A DNA stretch of 64,000 nucleotides from assembly GCF_006345805.1 (NCBI RefSeq), contig NC_042998.1, positions 64,418,001 through 64,482,000 of the forward strand. Reading direction: 5' to 3'. The position numbers and the translations under genes were made by a program. Shown one piece after another: positions 40,010 through 52,500 of this stretch. The notes under the pieces are model-generated. The model was not told where the DNA came from. It made no database searches and saw only the letters and a list, made by a program, of their open reading frames with translations. Numbering within the stretch: position 1 is the stretch's first letter; every line of letters begins with the position of its first letter. Source of the stretch: Octopus sinensis. Its lineage: Eukaryota.

Positions 40010-40029
40010 GTAATAATAATAATAATAAT

Positions 40030-40310
40030 ATATAATAACAAAGAAGGTCTTCGAAACTTGTCCTTGTACATATATATTCCCCTCCCATTACCGAAAGCTG
40101 AACAGTTATCTCCCTTACCCACAACAATAACAATAATAACGATAACCAATTAACTGCCTTTATTTATCTACTTGTGAAGTCATTCACTCGTGAATTTCCT
40201 CACACACAACATGGACAAATTTCTAAACAAAAATTGCATATTCAAATAAGTAAAACATAGTATCATAGATAGCGATAGTGAAACTGGTTGATATATTAAA
40301 TATTTGTTAA
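40030..40310 (+). mobile_element. Solo PLE 3' UTR/pLTR
   Basis: ACAGTTATCTCCCTTAC.CACAACAATAACAATAATAAC..CCAATT...CAACATGGAC.AATTTC matches the reverse complement of 13520-13730; a decayed HHR-like GC.ATAG.GAAACTGGTT lies at 40261-40296. Confidence 0.65.
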
Positions 40311-40399
40311 ATGTATGTAAGTTTGCGTTTTTGTTTTAAATTTCTTATATACAATACAACTCACAATAATCGAAATTCAACTTTTCTGTTGCTGCTATG

Positions 40400-40449
<50 letters not shown>

Positions 40450-40450
40450 G

Positions 40451-40484
<34 letters not shown>

Positions 40485-40502
40485 GGTATACACATATACA
40501 TA

Positions 40503-40536
<34 letters not shown>

Positions 40537-40538
<2 letters not shown>

Positions 40539-40745
40539 TTGTTGTGTATGCGGGTGTGTTTCTGTGTGTCCCCCACAACATCGCTTGATAACCGATGCTG
40601 GTGTATTTACGTCCCCAAATCTTAGCGGTTCGGCAAAAGAGACCGATACAGAGAAGAAGTCCTAGGATCGATTTACTCGACTAAAAGCGGTGCTCCAACA
40701 TGGCCGCAGTTAAAATGACTGAAAAAAGTAAAAGAACAAAAAGAA
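40537..40745 (+). mobile_element. SINE family A, 3' half
   Basis: CCCCACAACATCGCTTGATAACCGATGCTGGTG...GCGGTGCTCCAACATGGCCGCAG...AAAAGAACAAAAAGAAC. Confidence 0.87.
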
Positions 40746-40869
40746 CAGTAACAAGAAGTGCATCACTGCAAACCACAGCACATACCTGAGCCACACAGTA
40801 CTGCACTCGGTAGTGAAGTGAAACCACGCTATATAAATAAAAATACTGAATAACAACAACAACAACAAC

Positions 40870-40965
<96 letters not shown>

Positions 40966-40966
<1 letters not shown>

Positions 40967-41272
40967 AACCAATGAAATAAAAGAATTAGACCAAAGCCAA
41001 ACTTACAAATATTTAGGAATCCATGAACTAGATAAGACACAACACACACAAATGAAAGAGAAAATAAAAAAGAATATTATAGACGAGGTAGATCAATACT
41101 AAAAACAGAGCTCAATGCTAAAACAAGATACTAGGTATTAACACTTTAGCTGTCCAAGCTATAAGTTACAGCTACAATATCCTTAACTGGACACTAAAAG
41201 AACTGACCAAAATAGATAGAAAAGCAAGAAAAATAATGACAGGATCTAGGATGCATCACCCTAAATCTGACA
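40966..41272 (+). mobile_element. R4/Dong-type RT-thumb fragment
   Basis: Frameshift-corrected IKELDQSQTYKYLGI...KTELNAK...INTLAV..ISYSYNILNW...MHHPKSD, bounded by AAT/ATT arrays. Confidence 0.8.
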
Positions 41273-41344
41273 TAATAATAATAATAATAATAATAATAAT
41301 ATTAATAATAATAATAATAATAATAAAATAATGTCAATAATAAT

Positions 41345-41802
41345 GATAGCTCTTCATTTATATGACTGTCCCAACCGATATAAATGTATGTCATTATAAA
41401 ACTGACCATGTAGAAAGATCTGGAAATAGAAAGTGGCAAAATGTGGAACCTGAAGATTAAAACAATATATGTTGTCATTGGTGCCCTAGCTATGATAGTA
41501 AAAAGGACAGATTGCTACCTACCTCGGATACTAGGAAACCCCATAATGGCCAAAATTCAAAGATAGTGCTCATGAGAACTGCCATATCCTACGTAAAACA
41601 CTGTCTATGCAATCTCAAATTTCAAAACAAACTCATAATTTTATTTGGTTTTCTTAAACATTCTTTACAACAATACTATGTGGAAAACGAAATGTATGAC
41701 TCCCTAGGCATAACACCAAAATGGAGTTTTAAGTAATTGTGTCTTTAGGTCTCCGGGTGAGACTTGGAGCCAACTTGTACAAATACAAACCAAAAGACAA
41801 AC

Positions 41803-41803
<1 letters not shown>
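41345..41803 (+). mobile_element. R4/Dong-type 3' end (diverged)
   Basis: DMTVP...KMWNLKIKT..VVIGAL; 3' UTR GGGTGAGACTTGGAGCCAACTTGTACAAA. Confidence 0.8.
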
Positions 41804-41883
<80 letters not shown>

Positions 41884-41929
41884 TAATAAAAATAAAATAA
41901 AATAAAAATAATAATAAAAATTTTAAAAA

Positions 41930-42140
41930 TATTCAGACAAATACATAACAAAAACACCAGACTTACAAACACATATAACATACAGAAAATTGCACTACTA
42001 GGCACTGCACACATCCTACGCAGAACACTTTCCATACAATAACCATCAGAGCATCACAACAAATCACAGCACATACCCAAGGCACACAGAGCTGCGCTCG
42101 GTAGTGAAGTGAAAGCACGCTATAAAAATAAAACTACTGA
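41930..42140 (+). mobile_element. R4/Dong-type extreme 3' end, third subfamily
   Basis: IQKIALLGTAHILRRTLSIQ*; 3' UTR GCTGCGCTCGGTAGTGAAGTGAAAGCACGCTAT...ACTACTG-(AAT)n. The same UTR recurs at about 40750-40850. Confidence 0.78.
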
Positions 42141-42160
42141 ATAATAATAATAATAATATA

Positions 42161-42197
<37 letters not shown>

Positions 42198-42225
42198 TAA
42201 TAATAATAATATAATAATAATAATA

Positions 42226-42782
42226 AATGCCCTGATGCAGTACCAGGCAGTGGCTCTCATGGCTTCTGATCTTAACTGATTGGAAGTGTTATCATGTACA
42301 TTGTTTTGTCTTGGTATAAAAGATGGGCTACAGCAAATATTCTGCTCAATACCACAGATTTGCTTGTCAGTTGTTTGACCTTAACCAGTTGAGCATGTCC
42401 CTTAGTGGCTGACGATATGTGCATCTCTGATCACGAGCAGAAGTAGTGGGGGAGCATCATAGCCATGTGTTGAGAGGGATGCTTTGGGGTTTGAATAGTT
42501 CACCTCTGGAAACATGGGTGGTTCTTTCAACATCCTTAAACAACCCTTATTCGGGGACCGTTTGAGCGGGATGGGCTACTCAACCTGAAGAAAATTCAAA
42601 CTGGGCCCCACCTGCAAGGTCATGTGCTGTTTATCTTGATATGAGATCACCATGTCGCGCACATATGGTTGTGATGCATGTGCCTGGTGTACCTTTATCA
42701 GACGGGTAGTCATGATGGGTATATTGGGCTTCGTATATTTTACCCCAGTGTCACTTTGATGGCATGAACTGCTCTCTCACTC
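42226..42782 (+). mobile_element. About 557-bp non-coding (AAT)n-embedded element (copy C)
   Basis: Same termini and body as copies A and B. Confidence 0.85.
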
Positions 42783-42801
42783 AATAATAATAATAATAGT
42801 A

Positions 42802-42895
<94 letters not shown>

Positions 42896-42897
<2 letters not shown>

Positions 42898-44554
42898 GGC
42901 TACCTTTATCAAAGGAAAAATGACAGAAACATCTAACGTTAACCTTGACCAACAGAATGTCATAAAAGAACTAGACCCAGCGGAGAGCTACAAGTACCTA
43001 GGGGTAATTGAATGGAACGGAATAAGGCATTCAGAGATGAAGGAAAGGATCAGGAGAGAATGCTATCGAAGAGTGAGAGCAATACTCAAGACAGAGCTGA
43101 ATGAAAGAAACAGGATCGAAGCAATCAATGCATTAGCTATACCAGTCGTGACTTACAGTTTCAATATTGTTAACTGGTCAATTACTGAAATATGTCAGCT
43201 CGACAGAAAAATAAGGAAACTGTTGACAATGCATAGAATGCACCACCCTAAGGCAGATACAGAACGACTCTATCTGCCAAGAAAAGAGGGAGGCCGTGGT
43301 CTTTTGCAACTGGCAATAACAATGAAGATTGCTACAATTGGCTTAGACACCTACCTGAAAAACTCTGAGGACTGGATGTTAAAACTTGTCTCAAAACATG
43401 AAAACAAGAAAGCATCATACTCAGTCACAAAACAGGCAAAGGAATATCTAAGTGAATTCCGAATACAACCAATTTCGGAATTAGAGATAGACATACAAGA
43501 AACAAGCACAGAAAAAGCTAGGCGCATGAAAACCCGTGCCAAAACTGCGGCCATAGATATTCTGAATATAAATGGCAAGAAAAACCTCTCTACGGCAAAT
43601 ACCCAAAGAGAGCGAATAATGCAGATATCGACAAAGCCCTGACCCATCAATGGCTAATGGCCTCTGGCTTAAAATCTGAAACAGAGGGGTTTATCATAGC
43701 AGCTCAAGATCAATGCCTACCAACAAGAAACTACCAGGCCAACATATTAAAGATCAGAAGCAGTCCAACGTGTCGTGTATGCAAGCAACAAAATGAAACC
43801 ATTGACCATGTTTTCTCCAAATGCAGTCTTCTAGCGCCTACAGAGTATCTCAACAGGCACGATAGAGCTGCACAATATATTCACTGGGTAATCTGTAAAA
43901 ACCTGGATTTGCCCCATGAAAAAAAACTGGTGGGAACACAAACCACCCCCAGTGCTTGAAAATGACCACATCTCACTCCTCTGGAACTTCACCATTCAAA
44001 CTGACAGGAAGATAGATGCAAATAGGCCAGACATCATATTGAAAGACTTCAAACAAAGAACATGCCTCCTCATTGATATGACTGTCCCAATCGATATAAA
44101 CGTATCTGTCAGGACCTACCAAAAACTGAGCAAATATAAAGATCTTGAAATAGAAATCAGCAAAATGTGGAAGCTGAAGACTAAAACAATACCTGTTGTC
44201 ATAGGTGCCCTGGGAATGATAGCAAAAGGGGCTGATAGCTACCTAACTCAGATACCAGGAAACCCAAAAATGGCAGAAGTTCAAAAGATAGTGCTCATGG
44301 GAACTGCTCATATCCTACGCAAAATACTCTCTATGTAACCTCAAGGTTTAAAACAACCATAATTTTCGGTTTAAAAAAAAAAAAAAAAAAACTTTTTTTT
44401 TTTTAGACATTCATTAGTACAACATCCCCACCCCCCAAATATATGGCACACTAGGCATAACAACAACATGAACTTCCAACCCTGTTGTCTCTTGAGGTCT
44501 CTGGGTGAGACTTGGAGCCAACTTGTACAAATATAAAGCAAAAGTCAAACATAG
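42896..44554 (+). mobile_element. R4/Dong-type element, longest copy (end of RT, thumb, CCHC, REL endonuclease, 3' UTR)
   Basis: ORFs 42920-43642, 43657-43959 and 43916-44338: YKYLG, AINALAIPVVTY, RKEGGRGL, CRVC..ETIDHVFSKC, RHD, RPDIILKD, LIDMTVP, K..KY..L. Confidence 0.93.
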
Positions 44555-44586
<32 letters not shown>

Positions 44587-44624
44587 TAATAATGATAATA
44601 ATAATAATAATAAAGATAATAATA

Positions 44625-44940
44625 TTCTGATCTTAACTGATTGGAGGTGTTATCATATGCATTGTTTTGTCTTGCTCTAAAAGATGGGCTACAGCATATA
44701 TTCTTCTCAATACCTCAGATTTGCTTGACCTTAACCAGTTGAGCACCTTAGTGGCTGACGATATGTGCATCTCTGATCACAAGTTAGAAGTAGTGGGGGA
44801 GCACCATAGCCATGTGTTGAGAGGAATTCTTTGGGAAATGAATACTTCAGCTCTGGAAACAATGGTGTTTCGTTCATCATCCTTAAACAACCCTAATTCA
44901 CGGACATTTTGAGTGGGATGACTTACTCGACCAGAAGAAA
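44625..44940 (+). mobile_element. About 557-bp element, partial diverged copy D
   Basis: TTCTGATCTTAACTGATTGG...GTGGCTGACGATATGTGCATCTCTGATCAC...CCAGAAGAAA, then (AAT)n. Confidence 0.75.
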
Positions 44941-44974
44941 ATAATAATAATAATAATAATATAATAATAATAAT

Positions 44975-45124
<150 letters not shown>

Positions 45125-46245
45125 GCATCATACTCAGTCACAAAACAGGCAAAAGAATATCTAAGTGAATTCCGTATACAACCAATTTCGGAATTAGAGA
45201 TAGATATACAAGAAACAAGCACAGAAAAAGCTAGGCGTATGAAAACCCGTGCCAAAACTGCGGCCTTAGATATTCTGAATAATAAATGGCAAGAAAAACC
45301 TCTCTATGGCAAATACCCAAAGAGAGCGAATAATGCAGATATCGACAAAGCCCTGACCCATCCATGGCTAATGGCCTCTGGCTTAAAATCTGAAACAGAG
45401 GGGTTTATCATAGCAGCTCAAGATCAATGCCTACCAATAAGAAACTACCAGGCCAACATATTAAAGAACGGCAGTAGCCCAACATGTCGTGTATGCCGAC
45501 AACAAAATGAAACCATTGACCATGTTTTCTCCAAATGCAGTCTTCTAGCGCCTACAGAGTACCTCAGTAGGCATGATAGAGCTGCACAATATATTCACTG
45601 GGTAATTTGCAAAAACCTGGATTTGCCCCATGAAAAAAACTGGTGGGAACACAATCCACCTCTAGTGCTTGAAAATGACCACATCTCACTCCTCTGGAAC
45701 TTCACAATTCAAACTGACAGGAAGATAGATGCAAATAGGCCAGACATTATATTGAAAGACTTCAGACAAAGAACATGCCTCCTCATTGATATGACTGTCC
45801 CAATCGATATAACCGTATCTGTCAAGACCTACCAAAAACTGAGCAAATATAAAGATCTTGAAATAGAAATCAGCAAAATATGGAAGCTGAAGACTAAAAC
45901 AATACCTGTTGTCATAGGTGCCCTGGGAATGATAGCGAAAGGGACTGATTGCTACCTAACTCAGATACCAGGAAACCCCAAAATGGCAGAAATTCAAAAG
46001 ATAGTGCTCATGGGAACTGCTCATATCCTACGCAAAATACTCTCTATGTAATCCCAAGGTTTAAAACAAACTTTTTATTTATTTACTTATTTATTTATTT
46101 TTTTTATGTATTAGACATTCACTAGTACAACACAAAAAAAAAACCCCAAATATATGGCACAGAACTTCCAACCTGTTGTCTCTTGAGGTCTCTGGGTGAG
46201 ACTTGGAGCCAACTTGTACAGACATAAAGCAAAAGTCAAACATAG
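45125..46245 (+). mobile_element. R4/Dong-type element 3' portion with uninterrupted 270-aa C-terminal ORF
   Basis: ORF 45239-46051 has WQEKPLYGKY, CRVCRQQNETIDHVFSKC, RHD, RPDIILKD, LIDMTVP; visually near-identical to 43410-44554. Confidence 0.93.
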
Positions 46246-46269
46246 AATAATAATAATAATAATAATTTC

Positions 46270-46640
46270 TACTATAGGCACCTGTCCCGAAATTAGATCG
46301 ATTCCAGTACACAGTAGCTATTTAATTTATGGGTCCCGAAAGGATGAAATGCAAAAGTCGACCTTAGCGAAATTTGAACTAAGACTGTAAAGACAGACGA
46401 AATACCTCTTTCTTTACTACCCGCAAGGGGCTAAACACACAAGAGACAAACAAGGACATATAAACGGATTAAGTCGATAATACCGACCCTAGTGCGTAAC
46501 TGGTACTTATTTAATTGACCCCGAAAAGATGAAAGGCAAATTCAACCTCGGCAGAATTTGAACTCAGAACATAGCGGCAGACGAAATACCGCTAAGAATT
46601 TCGCCCAGCGTGCTAACGATGCTGCCAGCTTACCGCCTGA
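46270..46640 (-). mobile_element. Two tandem SINE family C copies
   Basis: Both carry CCCGAAAGGATGAAA.GCAAA.GTCGACCT..GC.GAATTTGAACT; the second retains the head GCGTGCTAACGATGCTGCCAGCTTACCGCC. Confidence 0.8.
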
Positions 46641-46655
46641 ATAAGAATGATGACG

Positions 46656-46752
<97 letters not shown>

Positions 46753-47855
46753 CAACAACAATTAAAGTTATTTATATTGCCGTTGTTATCTTATGAATGG
46801 TTTCGGCTAGAATTATACTGTTTGTTATAAGTATATCTATCCTAAGCAAAGCCTGGGTAATCTGCGTTACTTGGTAAAACCTGGTGCTGTTATATAATAT
46901 TAATATATTTTATTATACGTAGTTTTGTGATTGTCATCAGCCTGCTTTTAGTTTCACGGTCTTCACGTTTGATATGTCATTATTTCCATTTAAAAAAAAC
47001 TTATAATCTTATTACTTTCGCACCATCAACATATGTACATATGAACATTATTATCTGTATTTTCTTTTTATATTGTTACTTATGTAGGTTTTTGGCACTT
47101 GAAATATCTGATGTGCAGCAAGAATCACACTTTTTCCTGCATATAAGCAGCATATTTGAAACATTCTGACAGCTATGTGTGCAGATTAGTAGCGTAAATA
47201 TGTGTCACGAAAAGGTATTTCTTTCCTCAGCATGTTTTCGAATTCTCTGTTCATGTTATTTTCTATACCTTTCATCTCAACTTTACCTCATCAAATTTTT
47301 TTCTGCAGTATAGTTAGATTAATATTTGTAATTTCTTATATATTTACATATAGAGATGTATGTTCATTTTAATATCATTTACAATAACGAGCTTTAATTT
47401 CTGTGTTATATCCAGTTTTCTCATCTAATTGTTGCTTTATATTTATGTTCTATTTGATACCACAATCCTTCAGTGTGAAATGCAAGGGAAAGATAATTAT
47501 GCACACTTGACCAGTGAGCGAAATGGTGGTATACTTGTCTTTTAGGAAGCATCGATCCAGTTTATTTCTTGTTATATAATAAATATGGCCGTTCAGCTGG
47601 CTGAGTGCAGAAAGGAGGAACAGTGATCAATAATGCGATTTCTATCTTCTGAATGTGTCAGAGGGTGAAACTCATCGTAAACTTATTTGTAAAGTACTCG
47701 AAGAAGTGCATCGAAAATTAAATTAACTATATCGGAAAATGATGCAATTGCTCAACTCGGACAAAATATTCTTCTACGTGTTTCGAACAGAATATGTCTA
47801 AAGGTAAAATGAGAAGTGTATGCAGCTTTGTTTATATAGTTTATCGATATAAAAG

Positions 47856-48150
47856 CAGTTCTTTTTTAAGAGATGAGGAATTATGTACATTATTTAAATT
47901 ACTTACATTTGGCGGATATTTATCATCACCTTGTTTCTTGTTAACACACAGTTTCGACTGATATACCCTCCAGCCTTCCTCAGGTGTTTGGGGGAAACTT
48001 CCTAATGTATTTTGGCATATGGCGTTGTGGTTAAGCGCGCGAGCTGCTAACCCCAAGATTCAGAGTTCGATCTCAAGCAGTGACCTCAATAATGATGATG
48101 ATGATGATGAGGATGATGATGATGATGATGATGATCATGATCATGATGAT
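47856..48150 (+). mobile_element. tRNA-head / hammerhead-tail element (copy 2): inverted tail + head + (GAT)n, no downstream tail
   Basis: Minus-strand tail 47856-48013. Plus-strand head CATATGGCGTTGTGGTTAAG...GAGTTCGATCTC...TGACCT at 48016-48087, then AAT/(GAT)n. Confidence 0.75.
47943..47988 (-). ncRNA. Partly decayed hammerhead motif
   Basis: AACAC-CTGAGGA-a-GGCTG-gagggtatat-CAGTC-GAAACTGT-GTGTT; perfect stem I, altered stem III palindrome. Confidence 0.45.
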
Positions 48151-48829
48151 TATCATGCCATCAGTAGTTTCTTGATTTTATTTGTTATGTGTTCAGTTCA
48201 CGTGACCACGGAACTGCTCGGCGTAAGTGGTAGTTTTTCACTAGGATGGCTTTAGATTTTTATATCAACAGTTTTATTACGAGCAATATTTAAACAAGTA
48301 CCCTGATTTCTTTAGTAAACATTCATAATTTCAACCTTTCTCTGTTATATCTTAATAGTTAAATCAATACTTTTGTAATGTTTATTTCTCTGATTTGTCT
48401 AAAGAAATACAGACTGGGTATTATCTGGCTATTATCTGGGTATTATATTCTGTTTTATACTTTAAATCGTCAGCCACTATCATAGTTGGTTATCTTTTAT
48501 GAAAATTCCTATAAACCCAAGGCCAGCATGAGATATGTTCAATTGAAAATCAGTAAATGAATAAAATATAAGTAATATCTTATGCGACGTCTAAACTAGC
48601 TTTTTCTTATCTAACAATAAAACACATACGATTTAATGGATTTTATCTCACGAAATATTGACTAAATATCCAATTAATGACACCTCGAAAATACAGTTAA
48701 TTCCTGTCGGATAGCTCGAATGTTTTTATGCCCTTTAATAACATGGAAAGTATTTTCCGGTTTTGAAATGGGTGTTTCGGCAGTTATATATTTTTAGTCA
48801 CCTCCCAGTATTTAGAACATATATGAAAA

Positions 48830-49148
48830 TATGGTTACCTTATCTTCCACGATTTTATAAACAACGTTTATATTATATAGATGAATTTTTTTGAGCCCAG
48901 TCCTACATATGTGAATAATTCGAGAATTCTATTTTTCGGTCGTTTTGGAATTTATTTTGATTTTGTTTTTTTCTGGTTAATTTTAGTTAATTTTTGTTTA
49001 TGTTTAGATCATTAAAATGGAATGTCAAGAAAAATGAGCATTTTCGGCACCTCATTCTTATTGCTTTTAATCAAGGTTATAAGGCCGAAAAGCTGCTCGC
49101 GACATTCGTGCTGTGTATGGAGAGGTTGACATAGCTGAAAGTATCGCT
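48830..49148 (+). mobile_element. mariner 5' end with transposase N-terminus remnant
   Basis: From ATG 49017, with frameshifts: MECQE-KNEHFRHLILIAFNQGYKAE-AARDIRAVYGEVDIAESIA, typical of the mariner HTH N-terminus; interrupted by a SINE. Confidence 0.75.
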
Positions 49149-49260
49149 CTTCTACTATAGCCCGAAGCTATAGTAGAAGACACTTGCCCAAGGTTCCACG
49201 CAGTGGGAAGGAACCCAAAACCATGTGGTTGGTAAGCAAGCTACTTACCACACACCCACA
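49149..49260 (-). mobile_element. SINE family A 5' head, truncated with small inversion
   Basis: GCTATAGTAGAAGACACTTGCCCAAGGTTCCACGCAGTGGG...TGGTAAGCAAGCTACTTACCACAC. Confidence 0.85.
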
Positions 49261-49318
49261 TAGATATATTTATATATATTTACATATATGTATATAAATA
49301 CACATACATACATACACA

Positions 49319-49424
<106 letters not shown>

Positions 49425-49966
49425 TATTTATATATGTTTGTATATATATATTTAGCCCTGTGACATTAGGATTTCGTGCATTTATGCATAAAATATATCG
49501 TTCGCTGTATTCCATAGTAATTGTACAAAGGTGTGTGTGACAGTATGTGCGTGCGCCAGAGTGTGTCTGAATGCGGGTCAGCATAGGAGGTGGATGTACG
49601 TTGCCATCTAATGTTGCATTTGATACTTTTGATGTTCTTGTGAATTTCTTATCTCTTCTTACTACAGAAAAATAATAAATTCCGGGACTAAAAAATAGAA
49701 TTGATGAATGCGTTATCGTGCCGAATCTATTTGTATACTAAAACAATTCCCTTATTTACTCACGATAACACATGAAAATACATTTCTCGGAAAGAAACTA
49801 TTTTCGCCAAATTGACAAAGATAATACCATGAGATAATGTAAAGAGTTGTGATGGTGTCAGTGGAATTCTTTCCATTCTAATACAATATTTAAGAAGTGC
49901 GTACTTGGTAAGACATGGTTAGGACATAACTTATTTTCAGTTTAATTTTTGTTGGAAATATTCTTT

Positions 49967-50012
<46 letters not shown>

Positions 50013-50423
50013 GCACACACGTATGCACGCAATTATATACTTGAATTTTTTGAGAAAAAGAGAAGACGAAGACAGGTGCATGAACAACAAGCAGGTGTAA
50101 TAGTTTGACGTTCGGGAAAGGGATAAAGTTTTTTAAGTTTCGAGCCTACGCTGTATTATATATATATATATGTTTGATAATGCAATTTTAAAGATGTTTA
50201 TTCATTGATCGGTTTCACTTTTTTGACAATCCTTTTCTAGAAAAACGAAACCCGTCAAGTGAAGAAACATCTTTAAAATTGCAATTTCAAACATTCTTTC
50301 ATATATATATTTCCACTCGTGCAGTACCTTGCAACTTTATTATTAGTGTTGCTTAATATATTTTACGAAAATTGCTGCTTCTTCTTAGATATCATCAGAA
50401 AAAGTTAATTAAAATTCATTAAA

Positions 50424-50491
50424 ATGACAGATCTATAGTACTTTCAAAGGGGTCAAATTGTTGGTGCTCGTATGGCAGGCGCTAGTATAAC
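50424..50491 (+). pseudogene. Tc1-type transposase N-terminal remnant
   Basis: MTDL*YFQRGQIVGARMAGASIT, typical of Tc1-like N-termini. Confidence 0.55.
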
Positions 50492-50504
50492 GTAGAGTAG
50501 CGGA

Positions 50505-50640
50505 TTGAGAACGCATGATTTATAGAGAACAATCTCTGTATTTGCAGACAATTTTCTGTTTTCCCAGACACTCTTTGTAAGCCCGAGCAAATGTGGTGGA
50601 GGCTCGTACCATTGACTTGCTGATCAGAGAGTGGAGTACA
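50505..50640 (-). pseudogene. RTE-type LINE fragment
   Basis: GLTKSVWENRKLSANTEIVLYKSCVL resembles the RTE thumb segment (..KRVWENRKL..TK..VYKACVL). Confidence 0.5.
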
Positions 50641-51061
50641 CACATACACGTGGGAGCACAAACAGAACCGCATATACATATACATATACATACACACACA
50701 TACACATATATATGTATGTATGTATTATACATTATCCAGTGTTTAGAACTCAATAGACATGCGATTGATTCTGAGTAAACCTTCTAGTGTGTATAAATAT
50801 CTGTACACAAATAACATGAATTTATATAAAATTACATCAAACGTTTTAAATATTTAACTCAGAGGTGACAGGTCCTGGAACGGAACTGCAATGAACTTAT
50901 ATGGTCCATACGAAAGTGAATTGAAAATTTATGTCCCAAAGAAAAGTAAATTGCCTTTATTATATGCGTGTGTATTACTCAGTACAGCTCCATGGAATTG
51001 TGCGTCTAACAAACAATTAGGAATCAGTCATTCGAAATATAAATTTTATTGTTTGAGTATC

Positions 51062-51424
51062 ATATCCGTAGGTTACGACGACGAGGGTTCCAATTGATCC
51101 GATCAACGGAACAGCCTACTCGTGAAATTAACGTGCAAGTTGCTGAGTACTCCACAGATACGTATACGCTTAACGTAGTTCTCGGGGAGATTCGGTGTGA
51201 CACAGAGTATGACAAGGCTTGGCACTTTGAAACACAGGTACAACAGAAACGGAAGAAAGTTGTAGTGAAAGAATACAGTAGGGTTCACCCCCCACTGTCT
51301 GAACCTCGTGGAACTTTAGGTGTTTTAGCTCAATAAACACTCACAACGCCCGGTCTGGGAATCGAAACCGCGATCCTACTACCGCGAGTCCGCTGCTCCA
51401 ACCACTGGGCCATTGCACCTCCAC
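51062..51424 (-). mobile_element. SINE family B, full length
   Basis: Head (reverse complement) GTGGAGGTGCAATGGCCCAGTGGTTGGAGCAGCGGACTCGCGG...TTTCGATTCCCAGACCGGGCG; tail GGAACCCTCGTCGTCGTAACC. Confidence 0.9.
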
Positions 51425-51911
51425 AAGTATCATACTATGAATGTATGGAATACACGTATAAATTTAGCGTCGATTCAGATTCAATTATCTTTCTAAGAAT
51501 ATATATCGGCAATGGTTAAACTCTTGTTTGGCGCAATTTTGTACATCATTCTAGAACTATTACGATTTCAATTTATTCTAGAATTTTTCACACTTTTACC
51601 CACTGGTTGAAACGATTGGTTATTATAAAATGAAACGAATAGCTAGTGCTCACGTTTTACAAAAACATTGTGAAGGTAATTGTAAGTTTTAAAATTGATG
51701 ATAATAACTGAAGTACAAACGTTTCTCACCCAAATCTGAAGTATATAATATGATAAACGTCTTCAGAAAATTTACAGAAATACTTTTCATACTGGAGTAT
51801 GTGTTTTGAAAGTGAATTACATAGTAATAGACAAAATACATACAACCTAAACAGAGTCCCGAATATTTTATTTTGGGGTGTAGAATTGTCGATCTAGGTG
51901 TTTATTTTTAT

Positions 51912-52500
51912 CGTGGCATCATCCATTCAGGTTCATTGCCCGGGCCAGCCTGACTACTTCTCTCCATCCTTCCCGATCTTCTATTATTGCTTTTAGGTCT
52001 TCAACTTGGCATCGAACATCTTCGGCAAGCTGTTGGTATATTCGTCTTCCGTGGTCTTCCGCATTACTCACATCACTAGTTCTTCTTTACTTATCCAGCA
52101 GTGGCCATCAAACCTCAATCCCTGCTCTTGGATAGCTGATGAGAAAGTAGATACATCCCCATATAACCGATGTTTTGTTGGGTGCTGCCTCCAAGGGATG
52201 TTGACCACTGCACGTAACATTCTGGTGTAGGCACCGTCCAGCATGCACCCGAGTTTCTTGGTAAGAGTCCAAGACGGAGATCCATCAACAAGTACATATT
52301 CAACAACTGCTCTTAAGAACTGTCACTTCTGTTTATCTGGTAGGGTTGATTTCCATATTGTTTTAAGACAGTCTATAGCTGCCCAAACCATAGCAACGTG
52401 ATATTCAATTCCTATTTCAGTGGACTCAATATTTCTGCCTAGGCAGTTATCGTACACTTTAAACAATGTATTTGTAAATCTGTCCAACCTATTCAATTTA
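51912..52500 (-). mobile_element. RTE/RTE-X LINE 3' fragment
   Basis: Manual translation FLRAVVEYVLVDGSPSWTLTKKLGCMLDGAYTRMLRAVVNIPWRQHPTKHRLYG...LRFDGHCW..KEELVSDV. Confidence 0.82.
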
